Shown: positions 35,391 to 44,191 of the stretch, piece after piece
Position numbering within the stretch: position 1 is the first letter of the stretch
Layout of the letters: each line of letters begins with the position of its first letter
Source of the DNA: a virus
Taxonomy: Duplodnaviria; Caudoviricetes
IMG/VR virus record: IMGVR_UViG_3300017700_000656
Span: 1-48,920 of that record
Direction: 5' to 3' (one strand)
DNA: 48,920 bases
Translations under genes and position numbers: made by a program
Notes under the pieces: model-generated
The model's input: only the letters and a program-made list of their open reading frames with translations
The model's database searches: none
What the model was told of the DNA's origin: nothing

Positions 35391-36458
35391 CTACTTCTTG
35401 ACCGCCTTCTTCGGTGCGGTGGTGGTGGCCGTCGTTGGTGCGTCGGCGGATTCCTGGGCCGCCAATTCGAGGTCGAGGGCGTTGGATTCCTCGGCCGACA
35501 TCGTGGGCTGGGTCGGTTCCGCCGGTTCCGCCGGCGGGGCGTCGGTGGCGGCCGGGGCTTCCGTGCCGGCTGGCGGCGCTTGCGCGTCGCGCTGCATGGT
35601 CTTGGCAAGGTCGCTGAGGGTGGACGTCGGTTTGGCGGCCACGTCGCCCTGAGGGGCTGTCTCGGGCTTCTTGGTGGGGAATGCCTCGTCCACCTTGGTG
35701 TCGCCGTCCTTGAGGGCGGTCGCCAGGCCCAGCATGGTTTCGAGGTCATCGAAGGTCATCGCCTCGATGTTGGCGATTTCCATGTATTCGCACAGCTGTT
35801 CGACGGTGACGCCGATCTTCTGCACGAAGTAGTCGACCATCTTCTGCCGGCGGACCAGGAACGATTCCTGGGTGCCGATGGCGGTTTGCTTCGCGCGCTC
35901 GAAGGAGCCTTCCCACAGTGCCTTCGGGACCACGCGGAAGATGGCGTTACGGACGGCGATCGACGTGCCGGCGTTGGCCGTGACGCCCACCATGTCGTCG
36001 GAGAACCGGCGCCCGGTGCTGCCGGTGATGCGGCGGCGGACTTCCATCTGGATGCCGACGTTGCGCTGCAAATCCAGCGCGGTGCCCATGCAGTACACGA
36101 AATTGCCGTCCTCGTGGGTGGTGCGGCCCTGGACGCGCAGGTTGCCGTAGGCCACGGCGGCGAGTTCCGCGAAGCGCACGGACGGGCCCTCGATGAACTT
36201 CGTCGTGCCGTCCTTGTCCTTGCGCTTCAACTTGTAGAAGCAGGACGCCGCGACGTCCACACTCGAACAGGCCATCGTTTCGAGGTCGTTGATGAAGGTC
36301 TTGATGTCGCGCGGAAACGACCGGGCCGTGGCGATCTGGGCGTCTACCTCACCCTTCACGAGCATGGCGACGGTGCCGCCTTCCATGCCGCCAATCGGCA
36401 TGACTTCGGGCTCTTGAACGTCTTTCGCGTTGCGAGGGGTAGCGTTGGCGAGACTCAT
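35391..36458 (-). CDS. Putative single-strand annealing/recombination protein (355 aa)
   Basis: Motifs EVDAQIATARSFPRD and IEGPSVRFAE...YGNL; disordered acidic tail; near the YqaJ exonuclease; GGAG RBS. Confidence 0.65.
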   Translation of the reverse strand: MSLANATPRNAKDVQEPEVMPIGGMEGGTVAMLVKGEVDAQIATARSFPRDIKTFINDLETMACSSVDVAASCFYKLKRKDKDGTTKFIEGPSVRFAELAAVAYGNLRVQGRTTHEDGNFVYCMGTALDLQRNVGIQMEVRRRITGSTGRRFSDDMVGVTANAGTSIAVRNAIFRVVPKALWEGSFERAKQTAIGTQESFLVRRQKMVDYFVQKIGVTVEQLCEYMEIANIEAMTFDDLETMLGLATALKDGDTKVDEAFPTKKPETAPQGDVAAKPTSTLSDLAKTMQRDAQAPPAGTEAPAATDAPPAEPAEPTQPTMSAEESNALDLELAAQESADAPTTATTTAPKKAVKK

Positions 36459-36763
36459 CGTTTGGACTCCTTGATTTCAGTGGTGGTGACGTTGCCGGAA
36501 ATGCTGCTGATGTAGTCGCCAGCCTGCTTGCGCAGCTGGTCGCCGGTGCCGGGCTCGAAGAATTCGAGCCGGGTCGCGGCTTTGTCGATGAGTTCGCCCA
36601 CCTGTTTCAAGATGGCATCGGCGGCCTGGTCCATGGTGCAGACGCCGCACTCCATGTTGCCGCCCTCGATGGGGGTGTTGCGGTTGAGCGGCGGGACGTC
36701 ACGATGCGCGACGCATCGGAACGCCACGGGCTTGTCGGTCTTCTCGTCCACGATCACGGGCAT
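36455..36763 (-). CDS. Hypothetical protein (102 aa) with CxxH/CxxC
   Basis: AGGAG RBS; coupled ORF. Confidence 0.7.
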   Translation of the reverse strand: MPVIVDEKTDKPVAFRCVAHRDVPPLNRNTPIEGGNMECGVCTMDQAADAILKQVGELIDKAATRLEFFEPGTGDQLRKQAGDYISSISGNVTTTEIKESKR

Positions 36764-37221
36764 TACCTGACTCCTTGCTGGTTGAGGCGTTTGGCTTGGC
36801 CGGCGGCCCGCAGGTTGTAGCCAGTCGCAATAGCGTTCACAGAGAACATGATGAGGGCGCCCGCGATGGCGGCCTTGCGGTGGGTGAGTCCGGCGCCGTG
36901 CACGACGAGCCCGGTGAGGGCGGCTTGCCCCACCTTGAAGGCCATGATTTCGTTACTGGTGACGTCGGACCCGAACAGCTTGTAGTAAAACCCGTTCCCC
37001 TCGATGATTTGAGCATTCGGGCCGGATTGGCCGATGGCGTAGTGTGTCGACAAGCCATCAGCGATCGGCCCGGCGACGGCCAACGTCGTAGCCCACCATG
37101 GCGCTCCTTTGGGTTCCGTCGTCTGTGCCTCTGCCGCAATAGCCGAGAGGCAGAGCAGGGCCAGCAGAATGAACAACTGCGCCAGCCAGAGCAGCGAACG
37201 GTGAAACGTCATGTTGGTCAT
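36763..37221 (-). CDS. Signal-peptide membrane protein (152 aa)
   Basis: Hydrophobic leader ending AEA-Q, then three hydrophobic helices with a D..ST...EGN motif. Confidence 0.7.
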   Translation of the reverse strand: MTNMTFHRSLLWLAQLFILLALLCLSAIAAEAQTTEPKGAPWWATTLAVAGPIADGLSTHYAIGQSGPNAQIIEGNGFYYKLFGSDVTSNEIMAFKVGQAALTGLVVHGAGLTHRKAAIAGALIMFSVNAIATGYNLRAAGQAKRLNQQGVR

Positions 37222-37223
37222 TG

Positions 37224-37931
37224 TTAGAAAAGCCCAGTCTTCGTGGTGGTGGCGCTCGTGTCGTCCTGCTCGATGCGTTTCGGGCAATCGGCTTTCGTGA
37301 TGTCACAGAAGCCGCACTCGCGCCGGCTGGGCGTGGCCGGCTGGGGCTCGGTGCCCCCGCTCTCCTGAATCTGCTTGGCGACGCGATCGAATTGCTCCTG
37401 GGCTTCCTCGTCTCCAATCTTCAAGATGCCGTCGGTGTACTGAACCTCGCCGCGGAACATCAGTCCCTTGCCGATGGGGTGCGTGTGTGGAACTACCATT
37501 TGGTAGATCACGACTTGCCAGAAATCCTTGTCGCGTCGCTTGCCTGATTTGCAATCGACAATCACGGCGTCTTCGATGGTCGCGTCGAGGGGCGGCACTG
37601 ACTCCGACACCGGTTCGTACTTGATAGCCACGATGTCGGGGCACCCGCCAAGCTCGATGCCGGTTTTCCCCTGCAGCGTGAACTTGTTCTGGTCTTCGAG
37701 GTAGACCGTGTAGCCGTCGGCCCGCAACTGCGCCGCGCGCTTCGTTACCATGTCGCCGTGGTTCGCCTTCCAGACCTTCAACGGCCCGTCGTCCTTCTGG
37801 ACCTTTCGGTACTTGTTGTGGCTCTTGAACCACGGGGCAAAGCGGCAATTGTCATCGGCGGCCAAGATGCCGACGATCCACGTTACCCAGATGTAGGGTT
37901 TGCGGCGCGGGCCGAATTCGTCCTTCGCCAC
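37224..37931 (-). CDS. Cas4-like PD-(D/E)XK nuclease
   Basis: Motifs GCPDIV, IVDCKSG, QVVIY; one N-terminal Cys plus C-terminal CGFC...C (Fe-S staple pattern). Confidence 0.8.
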   Translation of the reverse strand: MAKDEFGPRRKPYIWVTWIVGILAADDNCRFAPWFKSHNKYRKVQKDDGPLKVWKANHGDMVTKRAAQLRADGYTVYLEDQNKFTLQGKTGIELGGCPDIVAIKYEPVSESVPPLDATIEDAVIVDCKSGKRRDKDFWQVVIYQMVVPHTHPIGKGLMFRGEVQYTDGILKIGDEEAQEQFDRVAKQIQESGGTEPQPATPSRRECGFCDITKADCPKRIEQDDTSATTTKTGLF

Positions 37932-38852
37932 TTACCGTTTCCCCTTCGGTGCCTTGGCCTTGAGCCGGCGCAGTTCGGTGTACGTTGTGGCGTTCACCAC
38001 GTATTCCGACTTGCTGACCACGTTGCGCTTGTAGCTCGTGCCGTCGGGCAGCGTCGCAATCTGCGCGTCCCCCATGGCGTTGATGATGTAGGCGTCGGCG
38101 CGGTTCTTCAACCGCTTGGCTTCCTCGGCCATCTCGGATGCGCGCTGGCGCTCGATGTCCCAGGCCAACAGCGTCTCGTCGGTGATGGCGATGGTCTTGC
38201 CAGGCGCCGGCATCCATGCCGCGTTCACCAGGCGGCGCGTCTCGTCTTCGCCGTCCAGTACCGGTACCGCGCCGGCAATGACGTGGTTCATCCAGAACTG
38301 CCGCTCCGCTTCAATCAGCGCCGCGATGAAATCGTTGTCGCGCTCGATGTCGAAGATGAAGAACCCGGCGACGCCGACCAGGGCGGCGATGCTCACGACG
38401 GGCTCGTCGGTGACGGCCATCTGGTGTTGGGCCTGCACTTGATACGACAGCGGGGGTCCGTCCTGCCAGTCGTGTTTGATCTGCCAGCCCGCGAAATTGG
38501 CGGACTTGCATTCGAGGATCCCGACGTCGACCACGACGCGATCGAGCGTGGCGAACATCCACGGCCGCTCGGTGTTGCGGACCAAGGTATGCGCGCCGAT
38601 GTTGATCACCTGCCGGGCGGTCTTCTCGGCGTAGCGCAAGGCGATCGGTTCTTCCAACATGCGCCCAATGGCGGTGATGTCGGAGTCGGGCCGGTCTTCG
38701 ATGGGACCGCGCTTGCTGTAGAACACTTGCGCCGGCGTCGAATATTCTGACGCCCCGACCACGGCGGCGGCGTCTGAGCCTCCTAAGCCCAGACGCCGAC
38801 GGGTCGCAAGCCATTCCGCGCGGTCTGCGCAGACGATGCGTTCAAGGGCCAT
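37932..38852 (-). CDS. YqaJ-like viral recombinase exonuclease
   Basis: Motifs EWLATRR.LGLGGSDAAAVVG, GRMLEEPI, ATLDR, LECKS, YQVQAQHQM. Confidence 0.92.
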   Translation of the reverse strand: MALERIVCADRAEWLATRRRLGLGGSDAAAVVGASEYSTPAQVFYSKRGPIEDRPDSDITAIGRMLEEPIALRYAEKTARQVINIGAHTLVRNTERPWMFATLDRVVVDVGILECKSANFAGWQIKHDWQDGPPLSYQVQAQHQMAVTDEPVVSIAALVGVAGFFIFDIERDNDFIAALIEAERQFWMNHVIAGAVPVLDGEDETRRLVNAAWMPAPGKTIAITDETLLAWDIERQRASEMAEEAKRLKNRADAYIINAMGDAQIATLPDGTSYKRNVVSKSEYVVNATTYTELRRLKAKAPKGKR

Positions 38853-39439
38853 CAGTTCACCGTGGTGTCGGGCGTGGCGGCCGGTGGCGCATCGGCGTTC
38901 TCAGCCAATGCCGGCTGCTCGTCTTTCTTCTTCTTCGTGCGCTTCCGCTCGTCGCGCGCCGATTCGCGGTCGGCTTCCTCGAACAAGCCCGGGTTGGTCG
39001 GCGCCAGGGTCAACCAATACTGCTGGTTGATGGCGTTGGCCAACGTGAGCAGCGCCGCGGCGGCGGGGTAGGTGAAGTTCACCTTGAGCGTGCCGGCGAA
39101 CACCGGGCCCTCTTTGTCGCGGCGAATCTGAATCGTCCGCCCCAGGAACGCATCCTCGGTAACGAACGTCGGCATGGTGCTTTCGTCTACCGTGCTGTGC
39201 AGACGCATCAGGTGCGTCTTCTTGCCTTGCCCCAAGTCCAGCGACGCGCTGCGGAGCACTTCGACGGGGGTCTTGCTGGCCGTGTAGAGCTCGGCCGCGA
39301 TGCCCAGCGCATCGGCAATCTCGAACGTCACGGGCTGGATGAAGAACGAGGCGACGATCACGCGCACTTCGGTGTCGCGCACCCGTTCCATCTTGAAGGA
39401 CAGGTTCTTGAGATAAGCGGCGATTCGGGTCAATTCCAA
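38852..39439 (-). CDS. Hypothetical protein (about 195 aa)
   Basis: GGAG RBS before TTG at 39439; 3' part of track ORF 38852-39598. Confidence 0.65.
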   Translation of the reverse strand: MELTRIAAYLKNLSFKMERVRDTEVRVIVASFFIQPVTFEIADALGIAAELYTASKTPVEVLRSASLDLGQGKKTHLMRLHSTVDESTMPTFVTEDAFLGRTIQIRRDKEGPVFAGTLKVNFTYPAAAALLTLANAINQQYWLTLAPTNPGLFEEADRESARDERKRTKKKKDEQPALAENADAPPAATPDTTVN

Positions 39440-39468
39440 TGGGCACACTCCAAACTGGCGACGGGGTT

Positions 39469-39849
39469 TTACGACGACTTCGGTTTCAGGTCTTCGATGG
39501 CGACTTGCACGGCGGCCGTGACCAAGGGCTCGAGCCCGGCCACGAAGTCCGAGACGGCAAATTCTGCCATAGCCGGCGGCTTGGGGATTGCCCGCCAATT
39601 CACCGTGTGCTTGGGGTCGCCCCCGCGTGATTCGCCCACCTGGTTGTCGACGCCGACGGGTGGCACGCCGATCATGATGCTGCTCACACCGGACGGCTCG
39701 AACTTCCTCAGCGACAAGTGGCTGGTTTCCGGGGCCATGTCCACCACGACGGCGGCCACTTCGCCTTGTGGGTGGTGGCTGTCGAGCACTTGCACGATGG
39801 TTCCGATGTAGATCGTCTGTTGCGTGACTGGATCGAAGTGGGTCTTCAT
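39469..39849 (-). CDS. Hypothetical protein (126 aa)
   Basis: GGAG RBS; ATGA-coupled. Confidence 0.7.
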   Translation of the reverse strand: MKTHFDPVTQQTIYIGTIVQVLDSHHPQGEVAAVVVDMAPETSHLSLRKFEPSGVSSIMIGVPPVGVDNQVGESRGGDPKHTVNWRAIPKPPAMAEFAVSDFVAGLEPLVTAAVQVAIEDLKPKSS

Positions 39850-40061
39850 TTCTCGGGCTCTCCTGCTGATTTCACGGGTCCAACCGACGCGCGCGGCACC
39901 CGGTATAGGTGGTCGCGCGCCGCGCTGGCGATAAGGTTCCAGATGTCCGCCGGCGACATCTGCTCGAACACGAAATTGCCGTTCTTCAAGTGGATCATCT
40001 TCCGCTTGCCGTTCTCCCAGATGGAGGTGCGCATCTGCACGTACACCCTGGTGCCGCGCAA
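39846..40061 (-). CDS. Hypothetical protein (about 71 aa; start uncertain)
   Basis: Protein-like 3' part of track ORF 39846-40457, with GAGG upstream. Confidence 0.5.
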   Translation of the reverse strand: MRGTRVYVQMRTSIWENGKRKMIHLKNGNFVFEQMSPADIWNLIASAARDHLYRVPRASVGPVKSAGEPEK

Positions 40062-40075
40062 CTTACTGATGGCCT

Positions 40076-40432
40076 CTACATCGTCCGGGTCGGTAACTTT
40101 CCCGAAGGGGTTTCCATGTGCAATAGGCGGTGTCGGTCGGCCTGAACCCGCATCAGGAGTTCGGAAAAAGCCACGCTTGTTTGTACGGTGTCGAAGTTGT
40201 GGGCTTCGAGGACCATTTCCATCGCCACCTTCCCCAGCTGCATCGCTACGTGGAAATGTGGACCGACACTCGTAAAGGCCGACCGGAGTTGCTTGGGATC
40301 GGCGGCGGGGTCTTCCGCCAGAATGTGGGCCAGGTGGTATTCCTTCGTGTCCCCCAGCTGCTCGAAGTGCTCCTTCACTTCCTGCATCTTGGCTTCCACC
40401 AACATCTTGATGTCGCGGCATCGATCGCACAT
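40076..40432 (-). CDS. Hypothetical protein (118 aa, MCDRC...)
   Basis: AAGGAG upstream; helical composition. Confidence 0.7.
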   Translation of the reverse strand: MCDRCRDIKMLVEAKMQEVKEHFEQLGDTKEYHLAHILAEDPAADPKQLRSAFTSVGPHFHVAMQLGKVAMEMVLEAHNFDTVQTSVAFSELLMRVQADRHRLLHMETPSGKLPTRTM

Positions 40433-40446
40433 GGTCTTCGGGCTCC

Positions 40447-40974
40447 TTAGTAGTCATCGTCGTATTGCCGTTTGGCCCGGGCGAGTCCGTCGACCAGGCG
40501 CTTTTCTGTGGTCGTTTCCGGCCGGGGCTTGAAGCCTCCCGGCCGCGCGGTTTGGTATCTTGCCTCTGCGGCCGCCGCCGTGTTTCCGGTCTGCTCCAAG
40601 TTGTAGTCGATGGTCATGCTGAGGGCTTCGCGTTGGGCCTGGGCACTTCGAAGTTGTAATTCGGTGGCGGCTGTTGAAGTTGCCACATAGTCTTCGAGCT
40701 CGGCGTATGGGATGCCCTGCCTTGAATTTTGAATGGCAATCCCACGGCCACGCGGGCAAATCACTTCTAAACCGGGACCGCCCACCGCGTGCGCCAGGGC
40801 CGGGTAGCCACAGTCGCGGCAGATGGCGCCGGGGTTGATCTGGACCAGCTTCTCGCCCGTCAAGCCTTCGGGCCTAAACTCGGTCGCGCTGTCGCGCTGC
40901 AGGTCTTCCGGCACGCGCAAGTCTCCCCGCTCGTCGTTCGCCCGTTGTCCCTCCGGTTTGAATCGCCAGGCCAT
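40447..40974 (-). CDS. Hypothetical protein with CxxC-H-C finger, ending KRQYDDDY (175 aa)
   Basis: GAGG RBS before the ATG at 40974. The upstream in-frame extension overlaps a tRNA-like element. Confidence 0.7.
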   Translation of the reverse strand: MAWRFKPEGQRANDERGDLRVPEDLQRDSATEFRPEGLTGEKLVQINPGAICRDCGYPALAHAVGGPGLEVICPRGRGIAIQNSRQGIPYAELEDYVATSTAATELQLRSAQAQREALSMTIDYNLEQTGNTAAAAEARYQTARPGGFKPRPETTTEKRLVDGLARAKRQYDDDY

Positions 40975-41002
40975 CTCTTGCCTCAATGCCGTGTCGTAAG
41001 GT

Positions 41003-41120
41003 TGATCGGCGGGCCGGGAGTTGAACCCGGCACGGATTCCGCGTGCTGCGCTACCGATGACAATTCGCACAGCGCGACGCGCGGCCTTCCATCTAGGTCG
41101 GTACACCCGCTTACCCGCCG
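41003..41120 (-). ncRNA. tRNA-like RNA (118 nt) with expanded interior
   Basis: Perfect 7-bp acceptor CGGCGGG/CCCGCCG, T8-A9, T arm CCGGG-TTCAACT-CCCGG, then discriminator A and TCA. Confidence 0.65.
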
Positions 41121-41326
41121 GTAGTCTCTGGCGGCGCCGCGGCCGCCTTCTTTTTCTCCATCTCCGCTTGCACCGTGGCTTCGATCGCGCGCCACAGGTC
41201 GGGGAGCTCTTTCAAATCTGCCACCGTGAACCGCATCCCGTACCCGCGCAAGGGCACGTACCGGCCGGCCTCGTAGTGCGTCAACTGCACGCGCACGCGC
41301 ACCGGGAGGAACGGCTTCTCGCTCAC
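41111..41326 (-). CDS. Hypothetical protein (71 aa)
   Basis: AGGAG RBS; GTGA overlap with the J-domain gene stop. Confidence 0.65.
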   Translation of the reverse strand: MSEKPFLPVRVRVQLTHYEAGRYVPLRGYGMRFTVADLKELPDLWRAIEATVQAEMEKKKAAAAPPETTGG

Positions 41327-41967
41327 CGGCCAAACTCCTGCTTCGCGGTGGCGTAGGCTTCCCCGAGTTTCTTGGCAATGTCGACGGAGGCGGCGCCGGC
41401 GCGGTCTGGGTGGTGCTTTGCCATCAATTCCCGGTAGCGGGTCTGCACCACGTCCCACTCTTTCGGCGGGTCCGTGAATTCCAGCACGACAAACCACGAG
41501 CCTGCTTGCGCCGGCAATGCGGTGTAGCCGGCAAACGCCTGCTCGATAGTGCCGACACCGTAGCGATCGACCGTGCGAATCGCGTCGATGTGGCCGGCAA
41601 TCGCGGCCAGGTTCTCGGCCGCCGATGCCCACCGGTCGCAGGCCAGCACGCGCGGCTTGCCCTTGAGCATGAAATACACCGCGACGCCGGGGTCTTCGAG
41701 CATCGCGCTCTGGCTGGCCGTCGGGAGTCCGTCTTGGCGCAGGCGCAGGTTGCTACTGATGGTGACGTGGGTCGCCCCCAGCCGCTTCAATTCGCCATTC
41801 AGCCTGGTCAACCCGTCGCCCACGGTCAATGCCCGTTGCGAGTTGTAGACGTGCTGCCCGTCGCGGTACACCTTCTCCGACTTCGAGAACTTGGCGCGTG
41901 TGCGCATGATCGTCCGCTTCCAGCCATCCGGCCAGGCTAGGGGGTAGCGTTCAAGGGGCGCGTTCAC
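41323..41967 (-). CDS. Phage protein with C-terminal DnaJ J-domain
   Basis: YRELMAKHHPDR (HPD motif); N-terminal YPLAWPDGWKRT...DPGVAVYF...ACDRW pattern. Confidence 0.85.
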   Translation of the reverse strand: MNAPLERYPLAWPDGWKRTIMRTRAKFSKSEKVYRDGQHVYNSQRALTVGDGLTRLNGELKRLGATHVTISSNLRLRQDGLPTASQSAMLEDPGVAVYFMLKGKPRVLACDRWASAAENLAAIAGHIDAIRTVDRYGVGTIEQAFAGYTALPAQAGSWFVVLEFTDPPKEWDVVQTRYRELMAKHHPDRAGAASVDIAKKLGEAYATAKQEFGR

Positions 41968-42662
41968 AGGTTGTCTCCCTCGTAGCTGCGCTGGGTCGCG
42001 GCCGGCACCGCCGGCACGGTGGCGTACAGGTTCTCGAACGCTTCCGGCAAGATGGTCTTGGCGTCGGGATAGGCGTACGCAAAGAACTTGGCCGCGATGT
42101 CGCGGCGCCCGCCCGCCAATTCCAAGTAGCGTGCGTGGTGGTTCCGCATGGCGTTCTGGATGCGCGCGAACCCTCTGGCCGTCTCGACGCAGGTGTGAAT
42201 CTCGGCGGCTTCACGGTTGCGGGCCTTGGCGATCCGTTCGTATTCCTCGGTGTCCTCCGTGAACTTCTGCCGCGCGGCGACGGCGGCGGCTTCACGGACG
42301 CCTTTCGAAGCACGGTACGCGCTGGTCACAATCCGTTCCGTGGTGACGCGCACGGCTTCAAACGTGGGTTTATAGAAGTGGCCGTACTCGCCCCCGATGT
42401 TCTCGTAGGTCTGGGCCCATCGGTCTTTCTTGGCAATGAGCGCCGCGACTTCCTCGGCGTCATCGGGATTGTCGAAGTGGATCCCTCCGACGGTGTGAAC
42501 CGTGCGGTCTGGTTGCACGTCGTTCGCCATGGTCGGTCGGCTAGGAATTTCCGGCAGGAACGGCACGCCGGCTTCCGCGCAGGCGAGATCGATGTACCGG
42601 GCGATCTGCTCGTCGGTCAGCGACACAATTTCCTGGTCCGTCAAATCGTTGAATGGCTTCAC
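41964..42662 (-). CDS. Hypothetical protein (232 aa)
   Basis: GGAG RBS; GTGA-coupled. Confidence 0.75.
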   Translation of the reverse strand: MKPFNDLTDQEIVSLTDEQIARYIDLACAEAGVPFLPEIPSRPTMANDVQPDRTVHTVGGIHFDNPDDAEEVAALIAKKDRWAQTYENIGGEYGHFYKPTFEAVRVTTERIVTSAYRASKGVREAAAVAARQKFTEDTEEYERIAKARNREAAEIHTCVETARGFARIQNAMRNHHARYLELAGGRRDIAAKFFAYAYPDAKTILPEAFENLYATVPAVPAATQRSYEGDNL

Positions 42663-43411
42663 TTGAACATCTCCGCGAAAAGGTCTGGTTGCTGCAGCAG
42701 CGCCATCGGCGCGGCCGCGATTGGCGGCGGTGCATCGCGCAGGGCGTTGGGCCCGTGCGTCTGGTAAAACCGGTTCGACGGCGCCGTGATGGCGTACTCG
42801 AACTGCTCAAGGGTGAGGCTGTTGGCGTGGCGGACGATGCCTGATAGCCCGCCAAGGCTCATCTGGATGAAAGCCATGTGGTACGCCAAGCCCGACAGGT
42901 CCGCGCAATCGAACCATGCCGCGGTGGTGATGTCGTGCCCGCGGCGCCGGATGACTTGCGCCAAAGCCAGGACCATCGCGCCGGCACCGACGGCCGGCTC
43001 TCCGATGCGAACGAAGGGCCGCCCCTCGAACAAGTCATCGGCCAGCGTCAATTCGGCCATCAGGGAGCAGATACAGGGCGGCGTGAAAAATTGGCCGATG
43101 TATTCGTTGCGGACCATGACCTCATCGGACATCATGATCGGGCCCAACACGTCGCCGCAATCGCTCTCGTCCATGGCGCGCACCACAAGGGCCAGCATCT
43201 CGGGGAACCGCTTCACGCGGTCGGCACCCGCCCGCCCGACAAGTCTCATGTACCGCGCTTCGAGCTCGTCGGCCCGTTCGCGGGTCGGCGCCGTCGTCTT
43301 GGCCATCGCACAATAGGCCATCTCGGCCCACCACTCGAAGACCTGGGAGGCGCGCACGTCGTACCCGTCGGCGCGTAGTAATTTGATGAATTCCTTTTGG
43401 TGGTTTGTCAT
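42659..43411 (-). CDS. Short N6-adenine DNA methyltransferase-like protein (HsdM-like SAM-binding half)
   Basis: Motifs GQFFTP and EPAVGAGAM; no NPP[YF] motif. Confidence 0.8.
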   Translation of the reverse strand: MTNHQKEFIKLLRADGYDVRASQVFEWWAEMAYCAMAKTTAPTRERADELEARYMRLVGRAGADRVKRFPEMLALVVRAMDESDCGDVLGPIMMSDEVMVRNEYIGQFFTPPCICSLMAELTLADDLFEGRPFVRIGEPAVGAGAMVLALAQVIRRRGHDITTAAWFDCADLSGLAYHMAFIQMSLGGLSGIVRHANSLTLEQFEYAITAPSNRFYQTHGPNALRDAPPPIAAAPMALLQQPDLFAEMFK

Positions 43412-43776
43412 CGGATTTTCCCTATGCTGGCGTCACACTCCGCGCACGTCTCCAAGATGAATTCGCCGTGACAGCACACCGCTTTCGGGTGGCGATCCTT
43501 GTAAGGCGTGACGGGCAACGCGATATTGAAATACGTATGCTCTCGGTCCCTCAGCCCGCCGAAGAATCGAACCTCTCGCCGGTTCCGGCTCTTGGGGTCT
43601 GGGCCGACAATCAAAATAATGTGCTCGGTCGCGTCCACCGATTGCCCGTGCGCGGTGTAGTCGGTGTACACGGCGTAGGTTCCGTAGGCCAATTCGCCAA
43701 GCGCCACCCATCCGGCGGGGTCGTCATCCAGCCGCGGGGGTGGCGTCGGTTCGAATAGTGAAAGCTGCTCGGTCAT
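43408..43776 (-). CDS. Cys-containing protein with N-terminal QLSLF (122 aa)
   Basis: ATGA-coupled; begins MTEQLSLFE. Confidence 0.7.
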   Translation of the reverse strand: MTEQLSLFEPTPPPRLDDDPAGWVALGELAYGTYAVYTDYTAHGQSVDATEHIILIVGPDPKSRNRREVRFFGGLRDREHTYFNIALPVTPYKDRHPKAVCCHGEFILETCAECDASIGKIR

Positions 43777-44033
43777 CGCTTCCCCGCCGATTTCTGGCCC
43801 GCTAAGACTTTCTCGAGGGCGTCCGCGTCGGCCAGGAGCCGCGCGCCCGCGTCGCTGGTGCCCGGCATGGCGCCCGCGAGGGCCCGCAAGCCGGCCGGCG
43901 TCCATCCGTCCAGGTGATAGGCGGCCACGCGCGCGGCGCGGTTGCCGTCGGTGAACCAATTTCGAGCCATCGCCGGCCCGCGCGCGGTTTCTCTCCCGGC
44001 CGCGCGCGGGCTGTGCTGTCGTCGTGTCGTCAT
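43773..44033 (-). CDS. Hypothetical protein (start 44033 or 43970)
   Basis: Coupled at both ends; the 5' part coincides with a 12-bp hairpin. Confidence 0.55.
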   Translation of the reverse strand: MTTRRQHSPRAAGRETARGPAMARNWFTDGNRAARVAAYHLDGWTPAGLRALAGAMPGTSDAGARLLADADALEKVLAGQKSAGKR

Positions 44034-44191
44034 CGGCGTAAACCTTCGGCCGCCGGCGCAATGCCGGCGGCCATGAGAACGAATCCCGCGAAGGTGTACG
44101 GCATCGGGGCGAAGACAATCACCCCGATACCGGCCGCAAGTAGCGCCAGGCCGAAACCGGCCGGGAGCCCGCCGTTAGTAATCTTCGCCAT
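44030..44191 (-). CDS. Small two-helix membrane protein (53 aa; absent from the ORF track)
   Basis: MAKITNGGLPAGFGLALLAAGIGVIVFAPMPYTFAGFVLMAAGIAPAAEGLRR fills the gap exactly. Confidence 0.65.
   Translation of the reverse strand: MAKITNGGLPAGFGLALLAAGIGVIVFAPMPYTFAGFVLMAAGIAPAAEGLRR

Noticed and set aside
37224-37931. CRISPR-Cas locus
   Set aside because: Only a solo Cas4-like nuclease is present; I saw no repeat-spacer array or other cas genes.
41003-41120. tmRNA
   Set aside because: The T arm resembles the ssrA 3' end, but there is no G3-U70 pair, no tag ORF, and it is far too short.
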